Part shown: one piece after another, positions 32,284 through 42,412 of the stretch | Layout of the letters: each line of letters begins with the position of its first letter | How positions within the stretch are numbered: the stretch's first letter is position 1 | DNA from: Bdellovibrio sp. | GTDB taxonomy: Bacteria > Bdellovibrionota > Bdellovibrionia > Bdellovibrionales > Bdellovibrionaceae | Reading direction: 5' to 3' | Assembly: GCA_036676395.1 (NCBI GenBank) | Contig: JAKFCY010000002.1 | Coordinates: 1,536,001-1,600,000 of the forward strand | Length of the DNA: 64,000 nucleotides | Notes under the pieces: model-generated | Told to the model about the DNA's origin: nothing | Seen by the model: only the letters and a program-made list of their open reading frames with translations | Databases searched by the model: none | Position numbers and translations under genes: made by a program

Positions 32284-32856
32284 TTACCATGACCCTAGGA
32301 GTCGGTCAAGACAGATACTTACAGCCGCTCTTACACAAAGATGTCTGTAATCGTCTTTAGAATCACCTTTGATTGGGTCTAAAACCGCATGGCAGTTACG
32401 CATGAAATCCTGAGTTAAGCCAAAACCTGTTCCAAAAACAAGCATATAAGGGTCATCATCCTGCTCTAAAACGTTTTTAAAGCGCTCAAAGGTGAATTTC
32501 TCCTGCCCAGGCAGGTTGCGTGCGTGAGTTGCAACGATACGGGCATTAGGGTGACCCCAATCTGCCATGGCCTCATGAACATTACTTGCCGTCCTTACAT
32601 CTGTCAGAGCCGTCTTACGCATGGGATTTAATCTGGCCCCCTCGCCGGTTCTCCAGTGATCTAAAACTCGGCCAACAAACATTTGTTGCTCTTGCATCGG
32701 GTGAACCAGGTAATACCGTTCAACACCGTACACGCGACAACTTCTGGCGATATCATGAATATCGAAATTTGTAATATTGGTCGCGCAAAGATCCCCTTGG
32801 CGATCAACAATCGGATAATGAAGCAAGGCTACGGCTAAAGGTGCTTTACGTTTCAT
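32284..32856 (-). CDS. SPOUT RNA methyltransferase (Tm1570/DUF2168-like)
   Basis: ALLHYP, TNFDIHDIAR, LVFGTGFGL, PI.G...YRHLCVRAAVSICLDRL. Confidence 0.85.
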   Translation of the reverse strand: MKRKAPLAVALLHYPIVDRQGDLCATNITNFDIHDIARSCRVYGVERYYLVHPMQEQQMFVGRVLDHWRTGEGARLNPMRKTALTDVRTASNVHEAMADWGHPNARIVATHARNLPGQEKFTFERFKNVLEQDDDPYMLVFGTGFGLTQDFMRNCHAVLDPIKGDSKDDYRHLCVRAAVSICLDRLLGSW

Positions 32857-33677
32857 AAACTTTTAACCTCGTTCAAATGCTGATCTAAATCTTGGCGAGT
32901 TAAATCCACAGCTTTTAACTCTTCATCTGTGATTTCACTTAAAAATTTCAAATGATTTTTAAGCTGTGTACTTACTAATTCTTTTTCTGCTTTTAAAAAC
33001 AAATCGCGGCGTTTTTTCCATGTGATTAATAAACCCATATGGTGTTTCCAAATCGCGATTTTTTCATGATGTCCTGACAATAAAACGTCAGGCACTTTTT
33101 CATTTCCCCACAAGGCAGGCTTTGTGAATTGCGGAGCTTCTAATAAACCATTATGAAATGAATCCGCAATCACCGACTGGTCATGGCCTAATACCCCCGG
33201 AATAAAGCGAGATACACTTTCGGTAAGCGCTAGCGAGGCCAGCTCTCCACCACTTAATACGAAATCACCTAATGAGATTTCTAAATCAATATGGTGATTT
33301 ATAATTCTTTGATCAATGCCACCGTAGCGTCCACTTAATAAAACTAAATGATCATACTTAAGTAATTTATGAATAGTGGCTTGCTCTAATTTTTCTCCTT
33401 GAGGAGATAGGTAAATACGTAATGCCGATTCAGGTTTGTAATCAGCAGATACATATAACTCATTAAAACATTTATCGGCGATCTCGGGGCGTAAAATCAT
33501 GCCATCGCCGCCACCGTAAGCCGTATCGTCGACTGAGTTATGCTTATTGTCTGAATATTTTCGTAAATTAATAATGTTAAACTCTAAAAGTTTTTTATCT
33601 GCTGCTTTTTTTAAAAGCGCATCACTTAAGTAACTTTGAATAAGCTCTGGAAAAAGAGTCAGGTACGTGAATTTCAT
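32853..33677 (-). CDS. trmD: tRNA (guanine37-N1)-methyltransferase
   Basis: LTLFPE, VDDTAYGGGDGM, LSPQG, GRYGGIDQR, SLGDFVLSGGE. Confidence 0.96.
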   Translation of the reverse strand: MKFTYLTLFPELIQSYLSDALLKKAADKKLLEFNIINLRKYSDNKHNSVDDTAYGGGDGMILRPEIADKCFNELYVSADYKPESALRIYLSPQGEKLEQATIHKLLKYDHLVLLSGRYGGIDQRIINHHIDLEISLGDFVLSGGELASLALTESVSRFIPGVLGHDQSVIADSFHNGLLEAPQFTKPALWGNEKVPDVLLSGHHEKIAIWKHHMGLLITWKKRRDLFLKAEKELVSTQLKNHLKFLSEITDEELKAVDLTRQDLDQHLNEVKSL

Positions 33678-33679
33678 AA

Positions 33680-34195
33680 CTATTGGTTCAGATCCAAAAG
33701 ACCTTCGGGTAGATCCATCTGAATAGTTTTATTTTCGTGATCGATTTCTACAATAAAGGCATCCACAAACGGAATTTCAAACACGTTACCACTTACTGAT
33801 GTCACAACTAATAAGTCTTGCGCGGTGTTTGATGAAAAGCCCGTAATGATGCCGATTTCACCTGCGGTTTTATCAACGACTTTGAATTTTTCGATTTCAG
33901 TTAGAAACATTCCTTCGTCTTCATCTTGAGAGAAGAAAAAGTCAGCGGGTAAATAAATTTGTTTTCCAATCAATGCTTCTGATTGATTACGATCAGTCAC
34001 GCCCTTGAGCTGCACTTTAAGGCCGTCTTTGTGTTCAGCAGCCTTAATGACTTCGTAAGGAGTTTCTTCGATGTAAACTTCGTCAATTAAATCCACCCAG
34101 GAATAATCTTTGGAAAAGAAAATAATAAAGACATCGCCACGTAAACCGTGGGCGTCTTTGATTTTTCCGATGAGGCGCATTTCTTGTTTTTCCAT
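33680..34195 (-). CDS. rimM: Ribosome maturation factor RimM
   Basis: IGKI..AHGLRG, DRNQSEAL, QDLLVV, IPFV, LPEGLL; operon position. Confidence 0.92.
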   Translation of the reverse strand: MEKQEMRLIGKIKDAHGLRGDVFIIFFSKDYSWVDLIDEVYIEETPYEVIKAAEHKDGLKVQLKGVTDRNQSEALIGKQIYLPADFFFSQDEDEGMFLTEIEKFKVVDKTAGEIGIITGFSSNTAQDLLVVTSVSGNVFEIPFVDAFIVEIDHENKTIQMDLPEGLLDLNQ

Positions 34196-34221
34196 TGATG
34201 ATTGCTTGTAGCACTTAGGAT

Positions 34222-34253
34222 AAAAAAAAAGGAGAGTTTTCACTCTCCTTTTT
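34222..34253 (-). terminator. Intrinsic terminator between khpA and rimM
   Basis: AAAAAGGAGAGT-GAAA-ACTCTCCTTTTTTTTT on minus strand. Confidence 0.8.
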
Positions 34254-34275
34254 AAGTACTTTATCTATATTGAAA

Positions 34276-34515
34276 TTATTCAACGATATCTAAGTGATAG
34301 CGTTTGTTTAACTTGGTACCTGCAGCTCTGATGATTGTTCTCATCGCAGCAGCTGTTTTACCCTGTTTACCGATGACTTTTCCAAGATCTTCTTTATCCA
34401 CCTTAAGGGCTAAAAGAGTAGTTTGCTGTCCAGGAATCTCATCAACTTCAACATTTTCAGGCTTATCAACTAAAGACTTCGCCATGTGCTCAACAAGTTC
34501 TTTTAAGTTATCCAT
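34276..34515 (-). CDS. khpA: KH-domain RNA-binding protein KhpA
   Basis: LVDKPE, DLGKVIGKQGKTA; between rpsP and rimM. Confidence 0.93.
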   Translation of the reverse strand: MDNLKELVEHMAKSLVDKPENVEVDEIPGQQTTLLALKVDKEDLGKVIGKQGKTAAAMRTIIRAAGTKLNKRYHLDIVE

Positions 34516-34632
34516 GTTCCCCCCAGAAACCATATCCAAGTTTGACAAAATATTTAGCAGACCTCAAGGAATTTCACAGTTCTTTGACCAGAAACGCCCC
34601 ATAACGAGATCTACTCTATATTATTGTTTCAA

Positions 34633-34938
34633 TTACGCTTCTTTTTTAGCGTTCTTGTTTTTTGTTTTAGCTGGAGATTTTTTACGTGCAGGTAAAGTGA
34701 TTCCACCTAATTTAAGAACGTGTCTTGCAGTTTCAGAAGGCTGTGCACCTTTAGTTAACCACTCTTGAGCTTTAGTTGTGTTTAACACAACTTTAGTTTG
34801 CTTACCTTTTGGAGTTGGAATGTATGTTCCTAATACTTCGATAAATTTGCCAGTTACATAACGGCGAGAATCAGCCACTGTGATTCTGTATTTAGGATCA
34901 TGCTTAGCTCCAACGCGTGCTAGACGAATAACAACCAT
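34633..34938 (-). CDS. rpsP: 30S ribosomal protein S16
   Basis: MVVIRLAR.G, YRITVADSR, GKFIE.LG.Y, WL.KGAQPSET. Confidence 0.97.
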   Translation of the reverse strand: MVVIRLARVGAKHDPKYRITVADSRRYVTGKFIEVLGTYIPTPKGKQTKVVLNTTKAQEWLTKGAQPSETARHVLKLGGITLPARKKSPAKTKNKNAKKEA

Positions 34939-35039
34939 TTGAAATACCTCTCATATGAAGAAAAAAAAGCTTTCTAGCTTTCTCAAAGACTAAGTTTTTA
35001 TATCTTATATCGCGCAAGATCAAGCGATTAAAACGGAAA

Positions 35040-36407
35040 TCAAAAAGGAAAGCCAGGTCCTTTGCCGCCCATTCCACCGAATGGATTGCCTTTTCCTTTA
35101 CCACCCATGCCCATTTTCATCATTCCACTCATCATTTTTTTCGCTTCTTCGAACTGTTTGACCAGTTTATTCACATCTTGAACTTGGGTTCCTGAGCCAG
35201 AAGCGATTCTTTGACGCCGCGAGCCATTGAGGATTCTGTGATCATTACGCTCCTGAATGGTCATTGAATTGATAATGGATTCGATTTTTTTGATTTCAGT
35301 ATCTGGTGGGGTCATGTTTTTCATCTGTTTAGAGATCTCGCCCATACCGGGTAGAAATTTCAACATACTTTCAAAACCGCCCAGTTTTTTTAGCTGCTGA
35401 ATCTGCGCCAGGAAGTCTTCTAACGTGAATTCATTATTCATCATACGTTTAGCAGAACGTTCAGCTTCTTTCGTATCTATCACGTCTTGAGCGCGCTCTA
35501 CCAATGATAGAACATCACCCATATCTAGAATTCTTCCAGCCAAACGATCTGGATGAAACACTTCTAATGCAGAAACCTTTTCGCCAACACCTAGAAATTT
35601 AATTGGAATACCCGTTACTTCACGAATAGATAAAGCAGCACCACCGCGCGCATCGCCGTCTACTTTTGTTAAAACTAAACCTGTTAAGTTTAATTTTTGG
35701 TGAAATGTTTCTGCAACATTCACAGATTGCTGACCTAACATCGCATCAGCGACTAATAAAATTTCAGTCGGCGTGATGACTTTCTTAAGATCAGATAATT
35801 CGTTCATCAACTCTTCGTCAATTTGTAAACGCCCCGCTGTATCGACTAATAAGACGTCGATCAGTTCATCTTCAGCCCATTTGATGGCGTTTGTTAAAAT
35901 ATCAGCAGGCTTATCGCCTACTTTAGATGGGTAACAAGAAAAGTTATTTTGTTTTGCTAAAGTTTGTAATTGGTCAATGGCTGCCGGGCGGTAAACGTCG
36001 ACAGGAACAAAACCTACTTTTTTTCCTAGTTTCTGGCGAATATACAAACCTAGTTTTGCAGTGGACGTAGTTTTACCTGCCCCTTGCAGGCCTACCATCA
36101 TAATCACTGATAGTTTTTCGCGAACGTTGATATCAACTTTTTCGCCACCTAATGTTTGCACCAATTCGTCATGGACGATTTTTGTAAACATTTGGCCTGG
36201 GTTTACGTTAGCAATAACTTCAGCACCCAAGGCTTTAGCTTTCACACGGTCGATAAAGTTTTTTACGACTTTAAAATGAACGTCAGCTTCTAATAAACTT
36301 AGACGAATTTCTTTAATTGCTTCTTCGACATTAGTCTCAGAGATCTTGTGCTGACCTTTGAGTTTTTTCATTGAACCTAAAATTTTATCTGATAAGCCTT
36401 CAAACAT
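35040..36407 (-). CDS. ffh: Signal recognition particle protein
   Basis: GLQGAGKTT, DTAGR, TKVDGDARGG, Met-rich M domain with SMT..ER. Confidence 0.99.
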   Translation of the reverse strand: MFEGLSDKILGSMKKLKGQHKISETNVEEAIKEIRLSLLEADVHFKVVKNFIDRVKAKALGAEVIANVNPGQMFTKIVHDELVQTLGGEKVDINVREKLSVIMMVGLQGAGKTTSTAKLGLYIRQKLGKKVGFVPVDVYRPAAIDQLQTLAKQNNFSCYPSKVGDKPADILTNAIKWAEDELIDVLLVDTAGRLQIDEELMNELSDLKKVITPTEILLVADAMLGQQSVNVAETFHQKLNLTGLVLTKVDGDARGGAALSIREVTGIPIKFLGVGEKVSALEVFHPDRLAGRILDMGDVLSLVERAQDVIDTKEAERSAKRMMNNEFTLEDFLAQIQQLKKLGGFESMLKFLPGMGEISKQMKNMTPPDTEIKKIESIINSMTIQERNDHRILNGSRRQRIASGSGTQVQDVNKLVKQFEEAKKMMSGMMKMGMGGKGKGNPFGGMGGKGPGFPF

Positions 36408-36410
36408 AGT

Positions 36411-37205
36411 CTACCACCGTGCAAATGATCCCTTTAAAAGGGAATATATCGCCATTAAATAAGTTACGCCCGTAGCTAATAAACACACAACAACAGTTGT
36501 CATAAGATCAACATCACTTACGCCAACCATCGAATAGCGATAGCCATTTATTAAATAAAACACCGGATTTAAGTGACACACCTTTTGCCAAAATGGATGT
36601 AACCCTTGAATCGTCATGAACACTCCGCCTAAATATGTCAGCGGAATTAAAATAAACGTTGAAAATGCACTTAACTGATCGAATGTTTTTGCAATGAAGG
36701 CGATAAAAATTCCGCAGAACGAAAAGATCAATCCGCAAAGAATTGTGAACATCACAAAAAGCAAAGGATGTTTGATCGGCAATAATTCGCCGACCATAAA
36801 ATAATGGAAAATCATTCCAACAGCACCCGTTATAAAAGCAACAACCGAACCACGAATAATTCCGCCAATACCCATAGCCCAAATGATTTGATGATTAGAA
36901 ATCGGAGCTACGCGAATATCTTCAAGATCTCCTGAGAATTTTGACGTTACAATTGAAGATGATGAATTTTGGAATGAGTTATTAATTAAACCCATAATCA
37001 TCAGGCCCGGAATCAAAAATGTAATATAGGGTAAACCATTCGGAAGGTTTACTTGTGAACCCAATGACACACCAAAGATCAATAAATACAAACTAGAGCT
37101 TACGATCGGGCTTACTACAGTTTGAATCATCACTTTCATGAAACGTTTAATTTCACGGCGGATTAAAGTTAAAAATGGAATCCAGTTATTAATTGTTTTT
37201 TCCAT
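36411..37205 (-). CDS. ABC-2 transporter permease (YadH-like)
   Basis: REIKRF, YITFLIPGL, PLTYLGGVF, NPVFYLINGYRY. Confidence 0.9.
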   Translation of the reverse strand: MEKTINNWIPFLTLIRREIKRFMKVMIQTVVSPIVSSSLYLLIFGVSLGSQVNLPNGLPYITFLIPGLMIMGLINNSFQNSSSSIVTSKFSGDLEDIRVAPISNHQIIWAMGIGGIIRGSVVAFITGAVGMIFHYFMVGELLPIKHPLLFVMFTILCGLIFSFCGIFIAFIAKTFDQLSAFSTFILIPLTYLGGVFMTIQGLHPFWQKVCHLNPVFYLINGYRYSMVGVSDVDLMTTVVVCLLATGVTYLMAIYSLLKGSFARW

Positions 37206-37206
37206 G

Positions 37207-38076
37207 CTATTGGTTCACTACTTTCGTAAAGGCTTCTTCTAACTTACCTTCAGTCATTTGAATATCGGCCACATCGGCTATAGAAATCTTATGTTGCACA
37301 AGCACGATATTTAAACTTTCAGCTGCAGAAGTTAGAATTTCTTTAACATCACCATTTGTCATTTTGATATGAATTTTTTTAGTCGAATATTTAGCAATGA
37401 CTTCTTTCGGGCTTCCGCAGTAGTTCACTTCGCCTTTGTTGATAATCGCAATGCGGTTACAAAGATTTTCGGCTTCTTCTAAGTAATGGGTCGTAAGCAA
37501 GATCGACATGCCAGCTTTTTGTAATTCTGCTACAAACTTCCATAATGATTCACGTAATTCAACGTCTACACCTGCTGTCGGTTCATCAAGTAGTAATAAC
37601 TTTGGTGAATGAACTAAAGCTTTTGCAATCATCAAACGGCGTTTCATTCCGCCTGAGAGTTGTTTGACTTTCTTGTGGGCATGGGGTTTTAACGCCAGAC
37701 GATCTAATAAAAATTGAATACGATCACCGTTATTCAGAATGCCGTAATAACCTGATTGAAATTCTAAAATTTCAGTCACATCGAAATAACCTGTGTTGAT
37801 CACTTCTTGGTGAACGACGCCAACGTTTTGTTTAATTGCACGGGCGTTGTGAACTACATCAAGGCCAAAAACATTTAATTCACCTGAAGTAGGTTTTTCT
37901 AAAGTTGTAATTGTAGAAATTAAAGTGGTTTTTCCTGCGCCGTTTGGCCCAAGTAAACCAAAAATCTCGCCTTCGTTAATATCAAAACTTACACCTTTTA
38001 AAGCATGCACTGATCGAGATGCATCTTTGGCATCGGTATAGGTTTTTTTAAGGTTTTTAACTTCTAAAGCTTTCAT
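37207..38076 (-). CDS. ABC transporter ATP-binding protein (YadG-like)
   Basis: GPNGAGKTT, LSGGMKRRLMIAKAL, LDEPTAGVD, TTHY. Confidence 0.92.
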   Translation of the reverse strand: MKALEVKNLKKTYTDAKDASRSVHALKGVSFDINEGEIFGLLGPNGAGKTTLISTITTLEKPTSGELNVFGLDVVHNARAIKQNVGVVHQEVINTGYFDVTEILEFQSGYYGILNNGDRIQFLLDRLALKPHAHKKVKQLSGGMKRRLMIAKALVHSPKLLLLDEPTAGVDVELRESLWKFVAELQKAGMSILLTTHYLEEAENLCNRIAIINKGEVNYCGSPKEVIAKYSTKKIHIKMTNGDVKEILTSAAESLNIVLVQHKISIADVADIQMTEGKLEEAFTKVVNQ

Positions 38077-39677
38077 TATCTGGCTCTCGAAATCGAAGTC
38101 GCAAATTCGACATCTGGGTTTTCTTTTTTAGCCCAGTTCAAATCCCACTCTTGGTTTAATAATAAGACCGGTTGATCAATCATGTCTCTGAATAGAGTAA
38201 AATTACCTTTTAACTCAGCAACGGGTTTACCGTCTTGAGTTCTTGGCCAACGGGCTACCGTGAATGGCAAGCGGTTCAATTTTACTTCTAAGTTGTATTC
38301 ATCCATTAATCTGTGCACTAAAACTTCAAACTGTAACTCACCGACCGCGCCGATTAAATATTCTTGCGGGCCGTAAACTGGATCAATAAATAATTGAATC
38401 GCGCCTTCTTCAGATAAATGATTTAAGGCTTGTTGTAGTTTTGTTCTGCGAAGTGCATCTTTTACAGTTAATTTTGCAAATAACTCTGGCGCAAATTTTG
38501 GAATATCCTCAAAACGAACTTTACCGTTTGCTGAAATGCTATCGCCGATCGCAAAGTTTCCGGTATCGCCGACACCCACGATATCACCAGCATAAGCGAC
38601 ATCGACAGTTTCTTTATCAGCAGCTACGAACTGGCTTGAATAAGACAAACGTAATTCACGCTGTAAGCGCGCGTGGTTTACTTTCATACCACGTTCAAAT
38701 TTGCCTGAGCAAATGCGAACGAAGGCAATACGGTCGCGGTGGCGCTTATCCATGTTGGCTTGAATTTTAAATACAAAGCCTGAAAAATTGTCTGACAATG
38801 GATCAACTTCACCCACTGATTTGGACGGACGTGCTTTTGGACCGGGTGCAAATTCTGTAAAGAATTTTAAGAAAGTATCCACACCGAAGTTTTGCTTTGC
38901 CGAACCAAATGTAACCGGAGAAATTTTTCCGGTTAAAAATTCATTCACATCAAATGGTGGAAGAGCTGATTCAATTAATTCTAATTCATCACGCACTTGT
39001 GCCGCAGTTTCTGCATCTAAGTATTTATCTAAGATTGGGTCTTGCGGGCCAGATAGGTCATGCTCAGTGTATTCATCACCTTCACGGCGCTGATCGTAGA
39101 AATACACTTTTTTATTTAAACGATTGTAAATCCCTTTAAAACGCTGGCCGATGCCTAACGGCCAAGTCACTGGGTAACATTGCATATTTAGCGTACGTTC
39201 GATTTCGTCGATCAAAGTAAGTGGATCTTTTCCTTCACGATCTAGTTTGTTTACGAAGGTAAAAATTGGAATATCACGCAGACGACAAACATCATAAAGT
39301 TTTTTCGTACGATCTTCGACCCCTTTGGCTACGTCAATTAACATACATGCAGATTCAACGGCCATTAATACACGGTAGGTATCTTCAGAGAAATCTTTAT
39401 GGCCGGGAGTATCTAAAAGGTTAACTCGTAAATCAGCGTAATCAAAAGTCATTACCGATGAAGTAATCGAAATACCTTTTTGTTTTTCTAGCTCCATCCA
39501 ATCTGATGTGGCTGACTTTGTTCCAGACTTACCTTTTACCTCGCCAGTTTCGTGGATTACCCCACCGTGGTATAAAAGTTTTTCGGTCAACGTGGTTTTA
39601 CCCGCATCTGGATGTGAAATAATGGCAAACGTACGACGACGTAGAATCTCTTTTTGGTCTTGAACTGATAATGACAT
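38076..39677 (-). CDS. prfC: Peptide chain release factor 3
   Basis: RRTFAIISHPDAGKTT, SDWM, DTPGHKDFSEDTYR, FKIQANMD..HRDR. Confidence 0.98.
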   Translation of the reverse strand: MSLSVQDQKEILRRRTFAIISHPDAGKTTLTEKLLYHGGVIHETGEVKGKSGTKSATSDWMELEKQKGISITSSVMTFDYADLRVNLLDTPGHKDFSEDTYRVLMAVESACMLIDVAKGVEDRTKKLYDVCRLRDIPIFTFVNKLDREGKDPLTLIDEIERTLNMQCYPVTWPLGIGQRFKGIYNRLNKKVYFYDQRREGDEYTEHDLSGPQDPILDKYLDAETAAQVRDELELIESALPPFDVNEFLTGKISPVTFGSAKQNFGVDTFLKFFTEFAPGPKARPSKSVGEVDPLSDNFSGFVFKIQANMDKRHRDRIAFVRICSGKFERGMKVNHARLQRELRLSYSSQFVAADKETVDVAYAGDIVGVGDTGNFAIGDSISANGKVRFEDIPKFAPELFAKLTVKDALRRTKLQQALNHLSEEGAIQLFIDPVYGPQEYLIGAVGELQFEVLVHRLMDEYNLEVKLNRLPFTVARWPRTQDGKPVAELKGNFTLFRDMIDQPVLLLNQEWDLNWAKKENPDVEFATSISRAR

Positions 39678-39826
39678 AAGCAAATAGTTATAGACATTTT
39701 TTAGGGTTGATTCAAACAGTTTGACCCTTCAAGGCAGGTGCATTAGAAGTAAAAGTCTGATTTTGATGACCTAAAATCAACTCATGGTGGTTTGGAGCCA
39801 CCGTCTGACAACTGAAAGAGGTTCAT

Positions 39827-40768
39827 ATGACTATTAATGCGGCAAACAGCAGCACAAACGCAGCTCAATATTTTATCACTACATTCTATAAATTTATCCC
39901 GATTTCTAATGTTGAAAACACGAAAACTTGGTTCAATAATTTGGCAGAAAAGCACAATATCAAAGGCCTAATTATTTTAGCGCCTGAAGGCTTTAATTCT
40001 ACGGTGTCAGCTCAATCAAAAGAGAATTTAGAAAATTTTAAAAAAGACCTATTAGCTCATTTTAATTTAACCGCACTTAATTTTAAAGATTCCGAATCGC
40101 ACAAATCGCCATTTCGCCGCTTCGTTGTAAAATTAAGACCAGAAATCGTGACATTAGGAACTCCTGATCTAGTGCCGCCAGAAGGGGTAAATCGTCATTT
40201 AACGCCCACCGAATGGAATGAAGTTTTAAAAAAAGAAAAACCAATCATTATCGATACGCGCAATTGGTATGAATATAAAATCGGTACATTCAAGGGGTCA
40301 TTAAACCCAAACACCGAGAAATTCACTGAGTTTCCGCAGTACATGGATTCACAAAATATTTCTAAAGATCAAAAAGTTTTAATTTTTTGCACTGGCGGAA
40401 TTCGCTGCGAAAAAGGAATTCTAGAATTAACTGAAAAAGGTTACAGCAATGTTTATCAACTTGGTGGCGGAATTTTAAATTACTTAAAAGAATACCCGAA
40501 CGATGAATTTGATGGTGAATGTTTTGTTTTCGATCACCGCGTGTCTGTAACTCAAGATCTAAAACCAACTGACAAATATTATCTTTGCCCTCATTGTGGC
40601 CAACCTGGAAATACGGCGATTGATTGCAAACGTTGCGACACGCACGATCATATTTGCGAAGACTGTGCTAAAATTGAATGGAAGAAAGACACCTGCTCGA
40701 AAGACTGTGCTTACCATTACAAACTTCATCCAGATCGCAAAGCGCCGCGCCAACCGCGCTCGTATTAA
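39827..40768 (+). CDS. trhO: tRNA uridine(34) hydroxylase TrhO (YceA rhodanese family)
   Basis: FYKF, EGFN, EIV, IDTRNWYE, FCTGGIRCEK, GGILNY, CFVFD.R, Cys-rich tail. Confidence 0.9.
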   Translation: MTINAANSSTNAAQYFITTFYKFIPISNVENTKTWFNNLAEKHNIKGLIILAPEGFNSTVSAQSKENLENFKKDLLAHFNLTALNFKDSESHKSPFRRFVVKLRPEIVTLGTPDLVPPEGVNRHLTPTEWNEVLKKEKPIIIDTRNWYEYKIGTFKGSLNPNTEKFTEFPQYMDSQNISKDQKVLIFCTGGIRCEKGILELTEKGYSNVYQLGGGILNYLKEYPNDEFDGECFVFDHRVSVTQDLKPTDKYYLCPHCGQPGNTAIDCKRCDTHDHICEDCAKIEWKKDTCSKDCAYHYKLHPDRKAPRQPRSY

Positions 40769-40792
40769 TTATTTTATTTCTTCGAAGAAGAA

Positions 40793-41359
40793 TTATTTTT
40801 CAGATTCGAAGCGCACTTTAAATAAAATGGCGCTCGCTACTGGTTTGTTATCAACCATTGCAGGTTTGAATTTAGATTCACGTGCAAGATTTAGCGCAAC
40901 TTCATCTAAACCATAAGGTAAAGAATTTCTAAGCTTTGCACTTCTGACTTGCCCGTCTGAGCCAACAACAAGTTCAACTTGCGCAACTCCTGAATAATCG
41001 GCTCTTCGCGCAGCTTCTGTGCGATTTGCTTTTATCTTTGTCAGCAGCACCGCTGGCGTCGTAATCGCCGAATCACTGGCCAACTCTTCAGCGATCTGTT
41101 CGTGACTTGTACCGCCGATAGGGGTTTTAGTTTCGTTTGACAGCTCTTTTGATTTATCCGCAAGTTCATTTACTCTTTCGGATTTTGTTTTTTCAAGCTT
41201 ACTATCGTTGGGCTTCACAATAGGCGTCACATAAGAAGTCACTTCAATATTTTCGTATATTTGATCTGTTGGATTTGCCAATAACATGATAATAGCTGCG
41301 GCAAGCATATGAAAGCCTCCGGATAGTATTAAAAATTTATATTTGCGCGATCCCGACAT
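40793..41359 (-). CDS. TonB family protein (energy transducer C-terminal domain)
   Basis: S...H TM motif; ARR..SG.A.V...V..DG.V, LDEVAL, FKPA. Confidence 0.8.
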   Translation of the reverse strand: MSGSRKYKFLILSGGFHMLAAAIIMLLANPTDQIYENIEVTSYVTPIVKPNDSKLEKTKSERVNELADKSKELSNETKTPIGGTSHEQIAEELASDSAITTPAVLLTKIKANRTEAARRADYSGVAQVELVVGSDGQVRSAKLRNSLPYGLDEVALNLARESKFKPAMVDNKPVASAILFKVRFESEK

Positions 41360-41395
41360 AATTTAACTTATATCGAAAAACACACCGAATAACAA

Positions 41396-41959
41396 CTACT
41401 GCATAAGGTTTGAAGGCCGATAATCGCGATTACGTTCTTCTTCGATCGCTTCTTCTTCTTCAAGGGTAAGGTTTTCTTCACGGCGAAAGTGATCTTTTAA
41501 TTCTAAGTACTGCTTACCGATCATTACACGATCTTCAACATCGCTCTCTTTTTTAAATGCAGGAAATATATCAGACTCTTCTTCTTTAAGATGATGTTCA
41601 ACTAGCTCGGCTAAAACTTTAGCTCGTGCCGACCATAACTCTGCGCCTTCTGACATTTTTACTTCTTCCACCATATGTTCGGCTAATTCGTGCTCTACGT
41701 CGCCTTCCAAGCCATCGATGCGAAGCTCTTTGTTTTCGTCTTTTAAAAAAGTGTACAGGCTTTCTTGTTCTGATCTTGCATGCACTAATAATAACGGTAC
41801 GAATTGATCAAAGATTCTTCTGCGGGTGCGAATTGGCGTGTCTAAGTCTTTTAAAATACCAATAAATCTTTTCAAGGGCTCGTGATCCGCTAAAATTAAT
41901 TTAATGATATCCTCTTTAGAACTATTAGTAGAGGCTTTTTTTGCAGTTGATTTTCGCAT
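41396..41959 (-). CDS. Hemerythrin/HHE-domain protein
   Basis: DH, HARSEQESLY, EH, LVEHHLKEEE..IFP. Confidence 0.88.
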   Translation of the reverse strand: MRKSTAKKASTNSSKEDIIKLILADHEPLKRFIGILKDLDTPIRTRRRIFDQFVPLLLVHARSEQESLYTFLKDENKELRIDGLEGDVEHELAEHMVEEVKMSEGAELWSARAKVLAELVEHHLKEEESDIFPAFKKESDVEDRVMIGKQYLELKDHFRREENLTLEEEEAIEEERNRDYRPSNLMQ

Positions 41960-41983
41960 AAGTACTCCTTTTTTTAAAGTCGA

Positions 41984-42394
41984 CTATGATTTTAAAGCAA
42001 CTCCAGTGCCACTGGGATGCGGGTATTTTTGTCTGAGTTGGTGACATTCTTGGATACGCTGAATGATCGTATTCGATAAATCGTCGTGATAAAACCCGTA
42101 AGATTCAATGTATAATCCTTTAACGTCATCTTCGATCAGTGATCTGATCGCGTACATGATCGCTTGATCATCAGGATCAGAAGTGTTTTCAAAACGTAAG
42201 ACTTCGTCGAAAAAAATATCGTTGGGATAAAGTTCTAATTTACCTTCTTCACAAGTGAAATGATCAAAACGTGCCACAAGATTATACGTATAACCTTGTT
42301 TCTGCAAACGTTCGATGGCTTCTCGAAGCCCGTACATTTCGCCCGTGCCAGCGCGAATCATATCTTTCGGCAAGACTGTGGTGACATGTTCCAT
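41984..42394 (-). CDS. Conserved small hypothetical protein (family often mislabelled phosphoribosylpyrophosphate synthetase)
   Basis: EAI..L...GY, RFE..SDPDD.AI.YAI, KG....YG pattern. Confidence 0.7.
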   Translation of the reverse strand: MEHVTTVLPKDMIRAGTGEMYGLREAIERLQKQGYTYNLVARFDHFTCEEGKLELYPNDIFFDEVLRFENTSDPDDQAIMYAIRSLIEDDVKGLYIESYGFYHDDLSNTIIQRIQECHQLRQKYPHPSGTGVALKS

Positions 42395-42412
42395 TTTATG
42401 ATTTCCGTTCGT

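Noticed and set aside
7218..38770. Numerous 60-150 aa antisense or alternate-frame ORFs in the track (e.g. 7218-7580, 9408-9800, 34304-34768, 36514-36882, 38441-38770)
   Set aside because: Almost entirely overlap genes on the opposite strand or frame and show no protein motifs
39784..39804. ZTP riboswitch-like GGTGG...CCACC hairpin
   Set aside because: Lacks the other conserved ZTP elements and the downstream gene is not a purine/folate gene
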